Source: Candidatus Peregrinibacteria bacterium
GTDB lineage: Bacteria > Patescibacteriota > Gracilibacteria > Peribacterales > Peribacteraceae
DNA: 64,000 nt
Direction: 5' to 3'
Assembly: GCA_043814035.1 (NCBI GenBank)
Contig: JBDRKJ010000007.1
Location: 128,100-192,099, forward strand
Each line of letters starts with the position of its first letter. The first letter of the stretch is position 1. The notes under the pieces were generated by a model. The model was not told the origin of the DNA. It worked only from the letters and a program-made list of their open reading frames with translations, and ran no database searches. The position numbers and the translations under genes were made by a program. Below are positions 45,068 through 53,708 of the stretch, piece after piece.

Positions 45068-45991
45068 TTGTTCTTAAGCACGGAAGTAGCTACGCTCGCC
45101 GTGATGGAGAAGCTCTCCGCACACGCGCATAACGAGCGCTCCGTGCAGCGCCGACCCCTCCACCCAAAACGGTCGTCCATTGCTGACCTCTCGCTTCTGA
45201 GGCGTCTGGCAATTCTCGGTGTGCTCTGCGGAAGCACAGGAGAGATGATGCAGACCAAAACACCCCATCCGATACCTTCAGCCGCAGTGCAACATGTGCA
45301 GACAATGGATGATCTGCTCTACACCATTCGCTCACAGCTGGGTGACATTACCGTGGAGGAGCAAGTCATGTCGCCCGACGATGCTGATCTGCCGCCGGAC
45401 CCGGGCGTCGCCCCATACGAGATGACGAAAGCTGGGCTCGCAAAACTCTGGTCGATGTGCGAAAAGCTGTGGTCAGAACCTAGCGAGGCCGCGGTCGATA
45501 TTTCGCACGACGTCGAGGCATCGGCACGTTATCTGCGCGACTACCGCATGAACGACGACCAGGTACGGAGTAGCGAGCCCTCTGCGCTCGACTGCAACGA
45601 CCATGCCAATGTCACCTGTGAACGGCTACAGGAACAGGGAATGCCAATGTACCTGCTCTCCATCTGGCCAGAAGATCCCGCACGACGTTTCGATAAAGGG
45701 TGGCATCAAATGGCGGTCTGCAAAGTGCGCGAAGACTGTTACTTCATCTTCGATGATCAGAAGGCAACACTTTGGCACGGTAGCCTTGCCGCATTCGCGC
45801 GGCAGTACGGATCGGATATGCATACGCGCATCATCCCCTATGTGGGTATCTCGACGTATGCCGAGCCCAAGTACGACAACTTTGCCTCCAAGTTTCTCAT
45901 ACAGGGTCGGCATGGCATTCCCAGCGAAGCAGACATGCAATCGCTCGATCTTCCTGTACGCGGAGAGTCTCTGCAGCTTGCGAGTCGATGA
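45068..45991 (+). CDS. Hypothetical protein with a possible papain/transglutaminase-like Cys-His-Asp core
   Basis: LDCNDHANVTCERLQEQGMPMYLL ... KGWHQMAV ... FIFDDQ resembles the C...H...D arrangement of transglutaminase-like peptidases. The start is uncertain (TTG at 45068; internal ATGs available). Confidence 0.4.
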   Translation: MFLSTEVATLAVMEKLSAHAHNERSVQRRPLHPKRSSIADLSLLRRLAILGVLCGSTGEMMQTKTPHPIPSAAVQHVQTMDDLLYTIRSQLGDITVEEQVMSPDDADLPPDPGVAPYEMTKAGLAKLWSMCEKLWSEPSEAAVDISHDVEASARYLRDYRMNDDQVRSSEPSALDCNDHANVTCERLQEQGMPMYLLSIWPEDPARRFDKGWHQMAVCKVREDCYFIFDDQKATLWHGSLAAFARQYGSDMHTRIIPYVGISTYAEPKYDNFASKFLIQGRHGIPSEADMQSLDLPVRGESLQLASR

Positions 45992-46216
45992 GAGACATTG
46001 ACAAGAGATCAAACCAGCGTAGGATGCCCTCGAAATGCACCAGAGGAATATTCTCCTCGGCCTGGCTCTCCTCCTCCTTACGGCGGAAGGCAGGTTGCGT
46101 GCATAAGAAAAAACCTTAAGAAATAGCACGAGCCTCCCTTCCGAGCGAGACACGTTGTTCGCGAACGACGTGTCGAGGCGAGGTTTTTTGTATCCCCATT
46201 CTTCATCTCTCACCAC

Positions 46217-47809
46217 ATGGAAACACCCGTACAACCACACGTTATGGTCTTTGATACAACCCTCCGTGATGGAGATCAGGCCGGCGTACTATTCGACGAG
46301 AAACAAAAAGTCATCATTGCCCATGCACTTGAGGAAATAGGAACCGATGTCATTGAGGCGGGTAATGCATTCTCGGGTTCATTTGATCGAGAGGCAATCG
46401 CACACATTGCAAAAGAGGTGAGAGGTCCTGCCATCTGTTCGCTCGCCATCTGTAAACGTGATTCCGTGGAAGCGGCGGCGAAAGCGCTGGAACATGCCGC
46501 ACATCCACGCATTCACATCTATCGTGCATCGTCGCGTGAACATTTAGAGAAAGTATTTCACGGGATGGGAGAGAATCAGTATCTGGATGACATCGCCAAG
46601 CACATCGAACTCGCGCGGAGATACGTTTCGGATGTGGAGTACAGCGCGGAAGATGCGACGAACACTCCACGAGAATTCTTAGCACGCATTGGGAAGCGGG
46701 CTGCCGAAGCGGGTGCAACCACCTTTAATATTCCAGATACCTACGGGCAGGCATTGCCGACGGAGATGGAGGAACTCATGGCCTATCTCTATCACAACAT
46801 TCCAGCCATTCGAGAGCACAAAATGCGGCAGAGTACGCACAATCACGATGACCACGGACTGGCAACAGCCAACACGCTGTATGCTCTAAAAGGTATGGGG
46901 GATGCTTTAAAGCAGGCAGAACTCACGATCAATGGATTGGGGGAACGAGCCGGAAATGCCTCTCTGGCGGAAACCGTGATGACAGCGCGCTACAGGAAAG
47001 ACCATTTTCCAACTGTCAATTTCGACCATATCAGAGCAGAAATGTTGGTTCGGCTGAGTCGCATTGTCAGTGCGTTGAGCGGAGTTCCAGTTCCTCGCAA
47101 CACTCCATTCGTTGGCGCCGGAATCAATGCGCTCGGTACAGGAACGCATGTCGCCGCTCAGGACAGAATTGGAATCCGCAGCGGCGCATATCGCGACGAT
47201 GTTCCACAGGACGTCGGATTCAAGGAATTTGATATTGAGTTCGGTGCAACTTCGGGCAAAGGGGTCGCAGATGTGTATGCACGGAGACTGGGATATCACA
47301 TCCCCGAGAACGAACTGATTCCCTTCACAGCATTCGCCAAAGCATTTGCAGAAACGAAACGCGGAACGGATTGCCGCATTGTCACACCTGATGAATACTG
47401 TACGCTCCTCTTTCAGTATTTTGGAGTTGGCGTTCCCATTGCGGGTACGGGAGGAAAACAATTCCTGCGTGCTTCGAAGAACGGCCAATGGGAAGTAGAA
47501 CTGACGATTTCCAACCGAGATGGGGAGAAAACCTACACCGGGCGTTCGGAGAAGAAACAAGGTGTACTTCAGGCCGTAACGGCTATATTGCGTGAGCAGT
47601 CCGGACTGGACTTTGAGTTCGTCGAACAGTGGGAGGAATCCGATAAGACCCAAGGTGAGAGGAGCGGCAGTGTAACAGGAGTAATGATCCGAGTCGGGAA
47701 AATGGAATGCCAGGGTTTTGCGCAAGGCACCGATGTGACGGAAACGACGGTCCGCGCACTCTTCGATGCGGTCAACAAGGCAAAACTAGCTAGTCTCATT
47801 CCCGAATGA
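46217..47809 (+). CDS. leuA: 2-isopropylmalate synthase / citramalate synthase family (HMGL-like plus LeuA dimer domain)
   Basis: VFDTTLRDGDQA, metal-site HNHDDHGLATAN, NGLGERAGNA, plus a C-terminal regulatory-type domain. Confidence 0.78.
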   Translation: METPVQPHVMVFDTTLRDGDQAGVLFDEKQKVIIAHALEEIGTDVIEAGNAFSGSFDREAIAHIAKEVRGPAICSLAICKRDSVEAAAKALEHAAHPRIHIYRASSREHLEKVFHGMGENQYLDDIAKHIELARRYVSDVEYSAEDATNTPREFLARIGKRAAEAGATTFNIPDTYGQALPTEMEELMAYLYHNIPAIREHKMRQSTHNHDDHGLATANTLYALKGMGDALKQAELTINGLGERAGNASLAETVMTARYRKDHFPTVNFDHIRAEMLVRLSRIVSALSGVPVPRNTPFVGAGINALGTGTHVAAQDRIGIRSGAYRDDVPQDVGFKEFDIEFGATSGKGVADVYARRLGYHIPENELIPFTAFAKAFAETKRGTDCRIVTPDEYCTLLFQYFGVGVPIAGTGGKQFLRASKNGQWEVELTISNRDGEKTYTGRSEKKQGVLQAVTAILREQSGLDFEFVEQWEESDKTQGERSGSVTGVMIRVGKMECQGFAQGTDVTETTVRALFDAVNKAKLASLIPE

Positions 47810-47879
47810 GTGAAAGATGTTACTTTCACTCAATAAGGAGTGGGAGTAGAGTGGTCAGTAAATCTTCCCCTTCTCTTCC

Positions 47880-48200
47880 ATGCTTACTCCGATCTTCACC
47901 CTCATCCTTCTCACAGGTTTCGCCTTCATGGTCATCTGGGCAGTGCGCTTTGCCACGAAGCAACAGCTCAAGTACGCCATCTCATGGTTCCTCGGTATCG
48001 GTATCGTGGGCAGTCTGCTCGCCGGAACATTGAGTGTTTTCGCTCAGCACCGCTTCAAGAGTCTGCAACCAGGATTCGACAGTTCATACCTGATGATGGG
48101 TGGCAAGGCACGCGCCGGCGAGAAAGGCGGATGGTTCGGCTGTCCCTACGCTGACGAAGCAAAAGATGCGGGCGCCGCCTCTTCTGTCACGCAGAAGTAA
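47880..48200 (+). CDS. Small membrane protein (106 aa), hypothetical
   Basis: Two hydrophobic helices and a CT-rich leader. Confidence 0.4.
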   Translation: MLTPIFTLILLTGFAFMVIWAVRFATKQQLKYAISWFLGIGIVGSLLAGTLSVFAQHRFKSLQPGFDSSYLMMGGKARAGEKGGWFGCPYADEAKDAGAASSVTQK

Positions 48201-48209
48201 CCGTCCCTC

Positions 48210-48962
48210 ATGACCCAGCACCACTCCGACCTTCAGCAGGCGCTCGCCGCCCATGAGGAAGCTGATATCCACGGTTCGCGACTGCGCGAGTACATTCAGG
48301 ATATCGTGCTGGGCGGCAACGACGGCATCGTCACCACTTTCGCTGTTGTGGCAGGCACGGCCGGTGCACGGCTGCCATCGGTCATCGTCATCATTCTTGG
48401 CCTCGCGAATCTTCTGGCCGACGGCCTCTCGATGGGCGCAGGGGTCTACTTGTCACTCAAGTCGGAACGGGACCGCTACGTGCGGCTGCGCAAAGAAGAA
48501 GCGCAGGAAATTGACGATGATCCCGAAATCGAGCGCGAAGAGGTGCGCCGCGCCTTCAGGAAAAAGGGATTCTCGGGTGAGCTGCTCGAGAACGTGGTGA
48601 CCACCATTACCGCCGACAGGGAGCGCTGGGTCGATGCGATGATGCACGAAGAGCACGGTCTCGTAGGCTCTGAGCATGAACGACCGCTCCTTAAAGGATT
48701 CATGACGTTTTGTTCCTTTGCCGTCTTTGGCGCCATTCCGCTGATCCCCTACCTCCTGCAGCTCCCCGATGCCTTCCGTTTCGAATCTGCCCTCGTATCA
48801 ACAACCCTCGCCCTCATTCTGCTGGGAATCACACGCAGCGTCGCCACGCGTGAACGCATCTTCAAAGGACCGCTCGAAATTGTGAGCATCGGCCTCATCT
48901 GCGCGGTGGTGGCATACGGCGTGGGCGCGGCTCTACGTGGCGTCTTCGACATCGTCGTCTAG
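48210..48962 (+). CDS. VIT1/CCC1-family iron/manganese transporter
   Basis: [39 protein letters not shown], and C-terminal TM helices. Confidence 0.8.
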   Translation: MTQHHSDLQQALAAHEEADIHGSRLREYIQDIVLGGNDGIVTTFAVVAGTAGARLPSVIVIILGLANLLADGLSMGAGVYLSLKSERDRYVRLRKEEAQEIDDDPEIEREEVRRAFRKKGFSGELLENVVTTITADRERWVDAMMHEEHGLVGSEHERPLLKGFMTFCSFAVFGAIPLIPYLLQLPDAFRFESALVSTTLALILLGITRSVATRERIFKGPLEIVSIGLICAVVAYGVGAALRGVFDIVV

Positions 48963-48996
48963 GCACACGACCCTAGGCAGTTTACTATGGGTACGT

Positions 48997-49986
48997 ATGG
49001 CTGCCATTACGTTTCTCGAAGTGGACCCAGAAGACGCCGTGCTGGTGAAGAGCATTTTTTCTGACGCCCTGATCCTCAAGGAATCACTCGCCGGCAAGGG
49101 GGTGATGGAGCAGTGCGCCGATGTAGAAATTCTCTCGTGTTTCATCTACTCCAAAGTCACGAAAGACGTGCTCGCCAAGCTTCCGAAACTTAAATTGCTC
49201 ATCACGCGCTCCGTGGGATTCGATCACATCGACCTCGAGACCTGCAAAGAGCGCAAGATCGTCGTCTGCCACGTGCCCGACTATGGCTCGCACGTGATTG
49301 CGGAGCACGTCTTCGCCCTCCTGCTCTCGACCATGCGCCACATCACCGAGGCAGATAAACGAGTGGAGGGCGGCACCTTCGACTACCACGGACTGAAGGG
49401 CATGACCCTGCGCGGCAAGACCATCGGTATCGTGGGAACCGGCAAGATTGGCCGACGCGTCGCACAGGCTGCGCACGGCTTCGGCATGCGCATCATCGCC
49501 TTCGACCGCTGCCGCACGCTCGAACTTTCGGATCTGCTGGGCGTGGAGTACGTGTCACTGGAAGAACTCTTGAAGCAGAGTGACATCATCACGCTACACC
49601 TACCCGCGATCCCCGAGGCAGAGCACATGATCAACGATGCAGCCATCGACCAGATGAAGCAGGGGGTCATCCTCGTCAATACCGCCCGCGGTTCGCTCAT
49701 CGACTCCAAGGCGCTACTGCAAGGGCTCAAAGGTGGAAAAATCCGCTACGCGCTCCTCGATGTACTCGAACATGAGAAGAACTTTGCTGAGAACAAGGAA
49801 CTCATCGATCATCCCAGTGTCGTCACTACACCACACATCGGGTTCTACGCCGACGATAGTGTAACGAGCATGTTCACTGATTGCTTTGAGACCATTAGAC
49901 AATGGCAAGCAGGCCAGGTGCCTGATCACGTAATTAAACCAACCACCAGGGTGTGCGATCTTCCAGGAATCAAGCCGGTTGCCTAA
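48997..49986 (+). CDS. D-isomer-specific 2-hydroxyacid dehydrogenase (D-lactate/glycerate dehydrogenase family)
   Basis: NAD motif GIVGTGKIGRRVA, LVNTARG, TPHIGF. The start is set at ATG 48997 (TACTAT 8 nt upstream). The longer ORF overlaps the VIT1 gene. Confidence 0.85.
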   Translation: MAAITFLEVDPEDAVLVKSIFSDALILKESLAGKGVMEQCADVEILSCFIYSKVTKDVLAKLPKLKLLITRSVGFDHIDLETCKERKIVVCHVPDYGSHVIAEHVFALLLSTMRHITEADKRVEGGTFDYHGLKGMTLRGKTIGIVGTGKIGRRVAQAAHGFGMRIIAFDRCRTLELSDLLGVEYVSLEELLKQSDIITLHLPAIPEAEHMINDAAIDQMKQGVILVNTARGSLIDSKALLQGLKGGKIRYALLDVLEHEKNFAENKELIDHPSVVTTPHIGFYADDSVTSMFTDCFETIRQWQAGQVPDHVIKPTTRVCDLPGIKPVA

Positions 49987-50166
49987 AGGCCGCTCTGTTG
50001 GTCCAGATCCTCGTAGAATTGCCTCTAATCTGCCTTTTCGTCTTTGACAAAGCCAAACACCACTGTAAACTATTCACGCAAAGTCCTTCGAACAGACGCT
50101 ATCGGTAACCACGAGAAACCTGGTAGAAGGAACAGCGCATTTACTTCCTTCTTTCCATTTCTCTGT

Positions 50167-50439
50167 ATGGCAGATCAACAGATCACCTGCCGCGACTGCG
50201 GTGCCGCGTTCACGTTCACAGAAGGTGAACAGGAATTCTACACCTCTCGGAACCTGAACGCGCCACAGCGCTGCAAGGATTGCCGCGACAAGCGCAAGGA
50301 CGAGCGGAACCAAAAGTTCGACGCCGTCTGCGCCCAGTGTGGTGCCGAGTGTCAGGTGCCGTTCAAGCCGAAGCCGGAGTCTGAAGGAGGCCGTCCCGTG
50401 CTCTGCACGGCGTGCTTCCGGGCTTCGAAGGCTGCGTAA
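50167..50439 (+). CDS. Small double zinc-ribbon protein (CxxC x4)
   Basis: ITCRDCGAAFTFTEGEQEFY...RCKDCR and CAQCGAECQVPF...VLCTACF. This resembles the zf-trcl-type probable zinc ribbon. CT-rich leader. Confidence 0.6.
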   Translation: MADQQITCRDCGAAFTFTEGEQEFYTSRNLNAPQRCKDCRDKRKDERNQKFDAVCAQCGAECQVPFKPKPESEGGRPVLCTACFRASKAA

Positions 50440-50464
50440 TACGCTTCCTTTCGACTTCAAGAGA

Positions 50465-50488
50465 GCCCCGCACTGCGGGGCTTTTTTT
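50465..50488 (+). terminator. Canonical intrinsic terminator
   Basis: GCCCCGC-ACT-GCGGGGC followed by TTTTTTT. Confidence 0.85.
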
Positions 50489-50553
50489 ATTCTTGCGCGC
50501 TGTAGTGGGAAGAAAGAAAAACTCCCCTTCACAAGGGCAAATATTTTGCTAGG

Positions 50554-51078
50554 ATGACTTCCTTTTTCATGGCCCTCTGGACCTCCCGCATCGCGCTCGC
50601 CCTTCTGCTCCTCTCGTTTGCCACACCGGGGCAGGCACTCATGATCGAGACGCCGCGCAAGGAATTCACCGAGCGCGAGAAGGAGCGCATTCTGCTGCCA
50701 TGCAAGCGCGCAAGCGCCGATCGCCGCATCCGCTGCGAGGTACGTGAGCTCAAGCGAGCCGAAGCGGAGTGGGGCATGAGCAATCCCATCAATGCCTACG
50801 ATGTCTACAACTGGATGGACTTAGGCGGACAGCAGCTACGCAATCGGCTGCAGCAGGAGCGACTGCAGGCTTTCTCGGATCACTGGAGACAAACGCGCAA
50901 AGTCTACAGCGAGTTTGAGCCGACCGACGACATCAACACGCAGCGCCTCCCCTACGTGAATGCCATTCGCGAGAGCCGCTTAGACTGCATGTACGCGCGG
51001 CATGGTCGTACACGCACTCTCTGCTTCGACATTCAGATAGATGTGTCGCAGAGGATGATGCGCACACCTCCACGATGA
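50554..51078 (+). CDS. Hypothetical secreted protein (174 aa)
   Basis: Signal peptide IALALLLLSFATPGQA. TATTTT lies 6 nt before the ATG. Confidence 0.45.
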   Translation: MTSFFMALWTSRIALALLLLSFATPGQALMIETPRKEFTEREKERILLPCKRASADRRIRCEVRELKRAEAEWGMSNPINAYDVYNWMDLGGQQLRNRLQQERLQAFSDHWRQTRKVYSEFEPTDDINTQRLPYVNAIRESRLDCMYARHGRTRTLCFDIQIDVSQRMMRTPPR

Positions 51079-51254
51079 GAGCAGCACAACACAGTTGACT
51101 CCTATTTCATTCAATCCTACAGTCGCTCTGTCAATGCACCACTCGTCGCTCCAATCCATGAAGAAGGCGACCAAGAAGAACTCCACTCATCTGGAGGCGT
51201 GGTTGCGTAGGTAAATACCATTCTCTTTCCTTCCCCACCACCCTCCAGAGACCA

Positions 51255-52976
51255 ATGGAGGGAGTTTCTCGTATGGCACACCGCACGACTCCACCACCGG
51301 CAAATGGGTACGATGCCCTGCTCACCAGCGATGTCTACGTTACGAAGGTCGGGGGCGACAATGCCGTAAAGCTTGCCTCGAATGCCAGTATCGTCCACAG
51401 ACGTGCACAGAATATGCGCACACAAGTGCTTGCGGTCTCTGCAATCCGCAGCTCTGATCCCCGATTCTCAGATAGGACGCACCCCGCGGTCATGGAGCAG
51501 GAAATAGAAGAGCATGGCAAGAGAAAACCTGGCTTCAACACGACCTCGCACCTCATTGCCATTGCCCAGTGTCTCGGGAGGGGCGATCAGGATCCTGCAC
51601 GCGATATGGCTGAACGTATTGCCAGCTTCACGACAACGATCGTCGACGAACAGATTGAGCAGGATGGGCTGCTCGCAGACCGCATCCGCACGCGCGATCT
51701 GTTGCATGCGGAAATCACACGGACTATCGAGGACCCTCAGGATCCTACTTCGCTCCTCTCTCTCATTCGCACTACCCGTCCCGAAGATATCCGGCACGTC
51801 GGAGAAGACTGGCTACGCGTAGGAGTGAACGGCACGCAATCCATTACCGGTCTGGGCGAACAGCTCGCGCAATCCATCACGCGTGGCTACTTCTTCGCTC
51901 GCAACATTCCCTCAAAAGAACTTGATTGCGGTGATAAGCAGGCCATCTATGAAACATTGTTGCAGGGAGACGCCAGTGGCGCACATCAGAAACTCCGCGA
52001 GGGTGTGCGGCAATCACTGGAACGCACCCTGCAGTCAGGTCGTGTCATTATTGCCGGCGGCTATGCACCGCCACTCGGCAGTGAGCGCGGCTACAGTGAC
52101 AAGACAGGGGCACTCATCGCGCATCTCGCTCACACCCTCGACACGAACGTCGCCTACCTGATCGAAAAGGCAAAACGCATCATGTCAGCCGACCCGAATA
52201 ACGTGGAAGGAACGCGCGGGATATCGAACATGACCCCTTTCCTTGCGAAGGAACTCTTCGGCAATACTCGAGGAGCTGATGCCGGCGCCCTCCATCCCGA
52301 AGCTCTCGATATGCTCGCAGAAGACGCCATTCCGATTGTGGTGCTGAATTCAGAAGAGGAACCCACTCCGTACAACACCACACTCATCTATCCATTTAAT
52401 CCGGAACCGAACGGCGTCGAAATCGTTCACAGTAAGCCTGTTCCCTTTGCGCTCCAAGTCGTCACAGGAAAGATGATCGGCCAGACAGGGTTCGAGGAAG
52501 ATATCGCCCGCTGGTTCGCCGAGCACCACGTGTCAATTCAGCACATCGCCACGAGTGAGGGATCGATCTCGTACACGTTCGACAACGGTAAGAAGTCTGC
52601 TGCCACAGTCGCGGCACTCCGTCAACACGTGCATGATCGCTATGGCGTGAATGGTGAGGAAGTCATTCAGGCTGTCGATCATCTCGCAGTGGTGTACTGC
52701 CTTGGTAATGACATGCGCATACCCGGACAAGCCGAAAAGGCCACATTTGCTCTTCATGGTGCCGACGTGAATATCCGCATGATCACGCAGGGACTCAATC
52801 AATCGGTGATGGCATTTCTCGTGGATAGAGACGATGCCCAGCGCGCCGTGCAGGCACTGCACGATATCTTCATCACCCTCCCCGATGAGGTCTACCGCAC
52901 GCTGATGGACGAGGCCCGTCTGAAAATCGCCGGCGCCGTTGTCGCACAAAAACACGGCACCTTGTCACATGCCTGA
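51255..52976 (+). CDS. Divergent aspartokinase-like protein (amino-acid kinase fold plus two ACT-like domains), 573 aa
   Basis: VTKVGGDNAV (KFGG-like), VLAVSA, ITGLGEQLAQ, IIAGGYAP.LGSERGYSDKTGALIA, MSADPNNV, GALHPEAL. The C-terminal ACT-like halves end in AQRAVQALHDIF. Several canonical motifs are degenerate. Confidence 0.55.
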   Translation: MEGVSRMAHRTTPPPANGYDALLTSDVYVTKVGGDNAVKLASNASIVHRRAQNMRTQVLAVSAIRSSDPRFSDRTHPAVMEQEIEEHGKRKPGFNTTSHLIAIAQCLGRGDQDPARDMAERIASFTTTIVDEQIEQDGLLADRIRTRDLLHAEITRTIEDPQDPTSLLSLIRTTRPEDIRHVGEDWLRVGVNGTQSITGLGEQLAQSITRGYFFARNIPSKELDCGDKQAIYETLLQGDASGAHQKLREGVRQSLERTLQSGRVIIAGGYAPPLGSERGYSDKTGALIAHLAHTLDTNVAYLIEKAKRIMSADPNNVEGTRGISNMTPFLAKELFGNTRGADAGALHPEALDMLAEDAIPIVVLNSEEEPTPYNTTLIYPFNPEPNGVEIVHSKPVPFALQVVTGKMIGQTGFEEDIARWFAEHHVSIQHIATSEGSISYTFDNGKKSAATVAALRQHVHDRYGVNGEEVIQAVDHLAVVYCLGNDMRIPGQAEKATFALHGADVNIRMITQGLNQSVMAFLVDRDDAQRAVQALHDIFITLPDEVYRTLMDEARLKIAGAVVAQKHGTLSHA

Positions 52977-53040
52977 CTCTCGGAATATTTGGGATAGCAC
53001 GACACTTGCTCTGTACCTATGGGGGAGGTATGATGACAGC

Positions 53041-53229
53041 ATGCAGAAACCGGAGAAGATCTTCTGGGGCCTCGCAGGATGTTCAGTGCTCTACGTGCTC
53101 TTGAGCACATCATTTTCCTTTGGTCAAAGCACCGCGCAGGCCACCACCCCTCTTGAACCAGAAGTAGCCGTTGGATCCTGTCATACAGAAGGCGGTGGAT
53201 GTGGTTGTGGAGGTGCAATACTTCCTTGA
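53041..53229 (+). CDS. Small secreted/anchored peptide with a Cys/Gly-rich C-terminus (62 aa)
   Basis: Hydrophobic N-terminus, then ...GSCHTEGGGCGCGGAILP. It is the first ORF of the plus-strand metal cluster. Coding status is uncertain. Confidence 0.3.
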   Translation: MQKPEKIFWGLAGCSVLYVLLSTSFSFGQSTAQATTPLEPEVAVGSCHTEGGGCGCGGAILP

Positions 53230-53263
53230 GGTTCCCTCTGAGACCCCCTACACTTAGGCATTC

Positions 53264-53650
53264 ATGCGCTCGTTTCTCCTCATTGCCATCGGCCTTCAGA
53301 TCTTCTTCGGCACTGGATGCTGGTCGACGCTCGCATATGCGCAGGAGCCCGCAACCGAGATGATGATGACTGTAGCGCCGGCGCACGATCCACATGCAGA
53401 GTGTGCACAAGGCAATACAGAGACACCCGATGGTAACGAGGGTAGTCTGCCCTGTCTCGGCCACTGCCTCGCAGAAGCCACGCAGCGCGCAGCGAGCGAT
53501 TCTTCTGTGCAGGTGCTGACTGTTGCATCACTCGCATTGAACACCGATCCACAATCCCCTGTCCCCTCGACAGAATTACGTCGCACTCTCCCTGTTCAAC
53601 CCTGTTCACTTTCCCCGCCACCGGTTGATACGGTTGTGCTGAGACAATAG
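53264..53650 (+). CDS. Secreted Met/His/Cys-containing protein (128 aa), hypothetical
   Basis: Signal peptide, then EMMMTVAPAHDPHAEC and LPCLGHC, which are candidate soft-metal ligands. Confidence 0.4.
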   Translation: MRSFLLIAIGLQIFFGTGCWSTLAYAQEPATEMMMTVAPAHDPHAECAQGNTETPDGNEGSLPCLGHCLAEATQRAASDSSVQVLTVASLALNTDPQSPVPSTELRRTLPVQPCSLSPPPVDTVVLRQ

Positions 53651-53708
53651 AAAGGAGGAAGGCGCACATCATGCGCTCGTTTCGATATCCTTCCCCTTTT
53701 TCTTCCCC

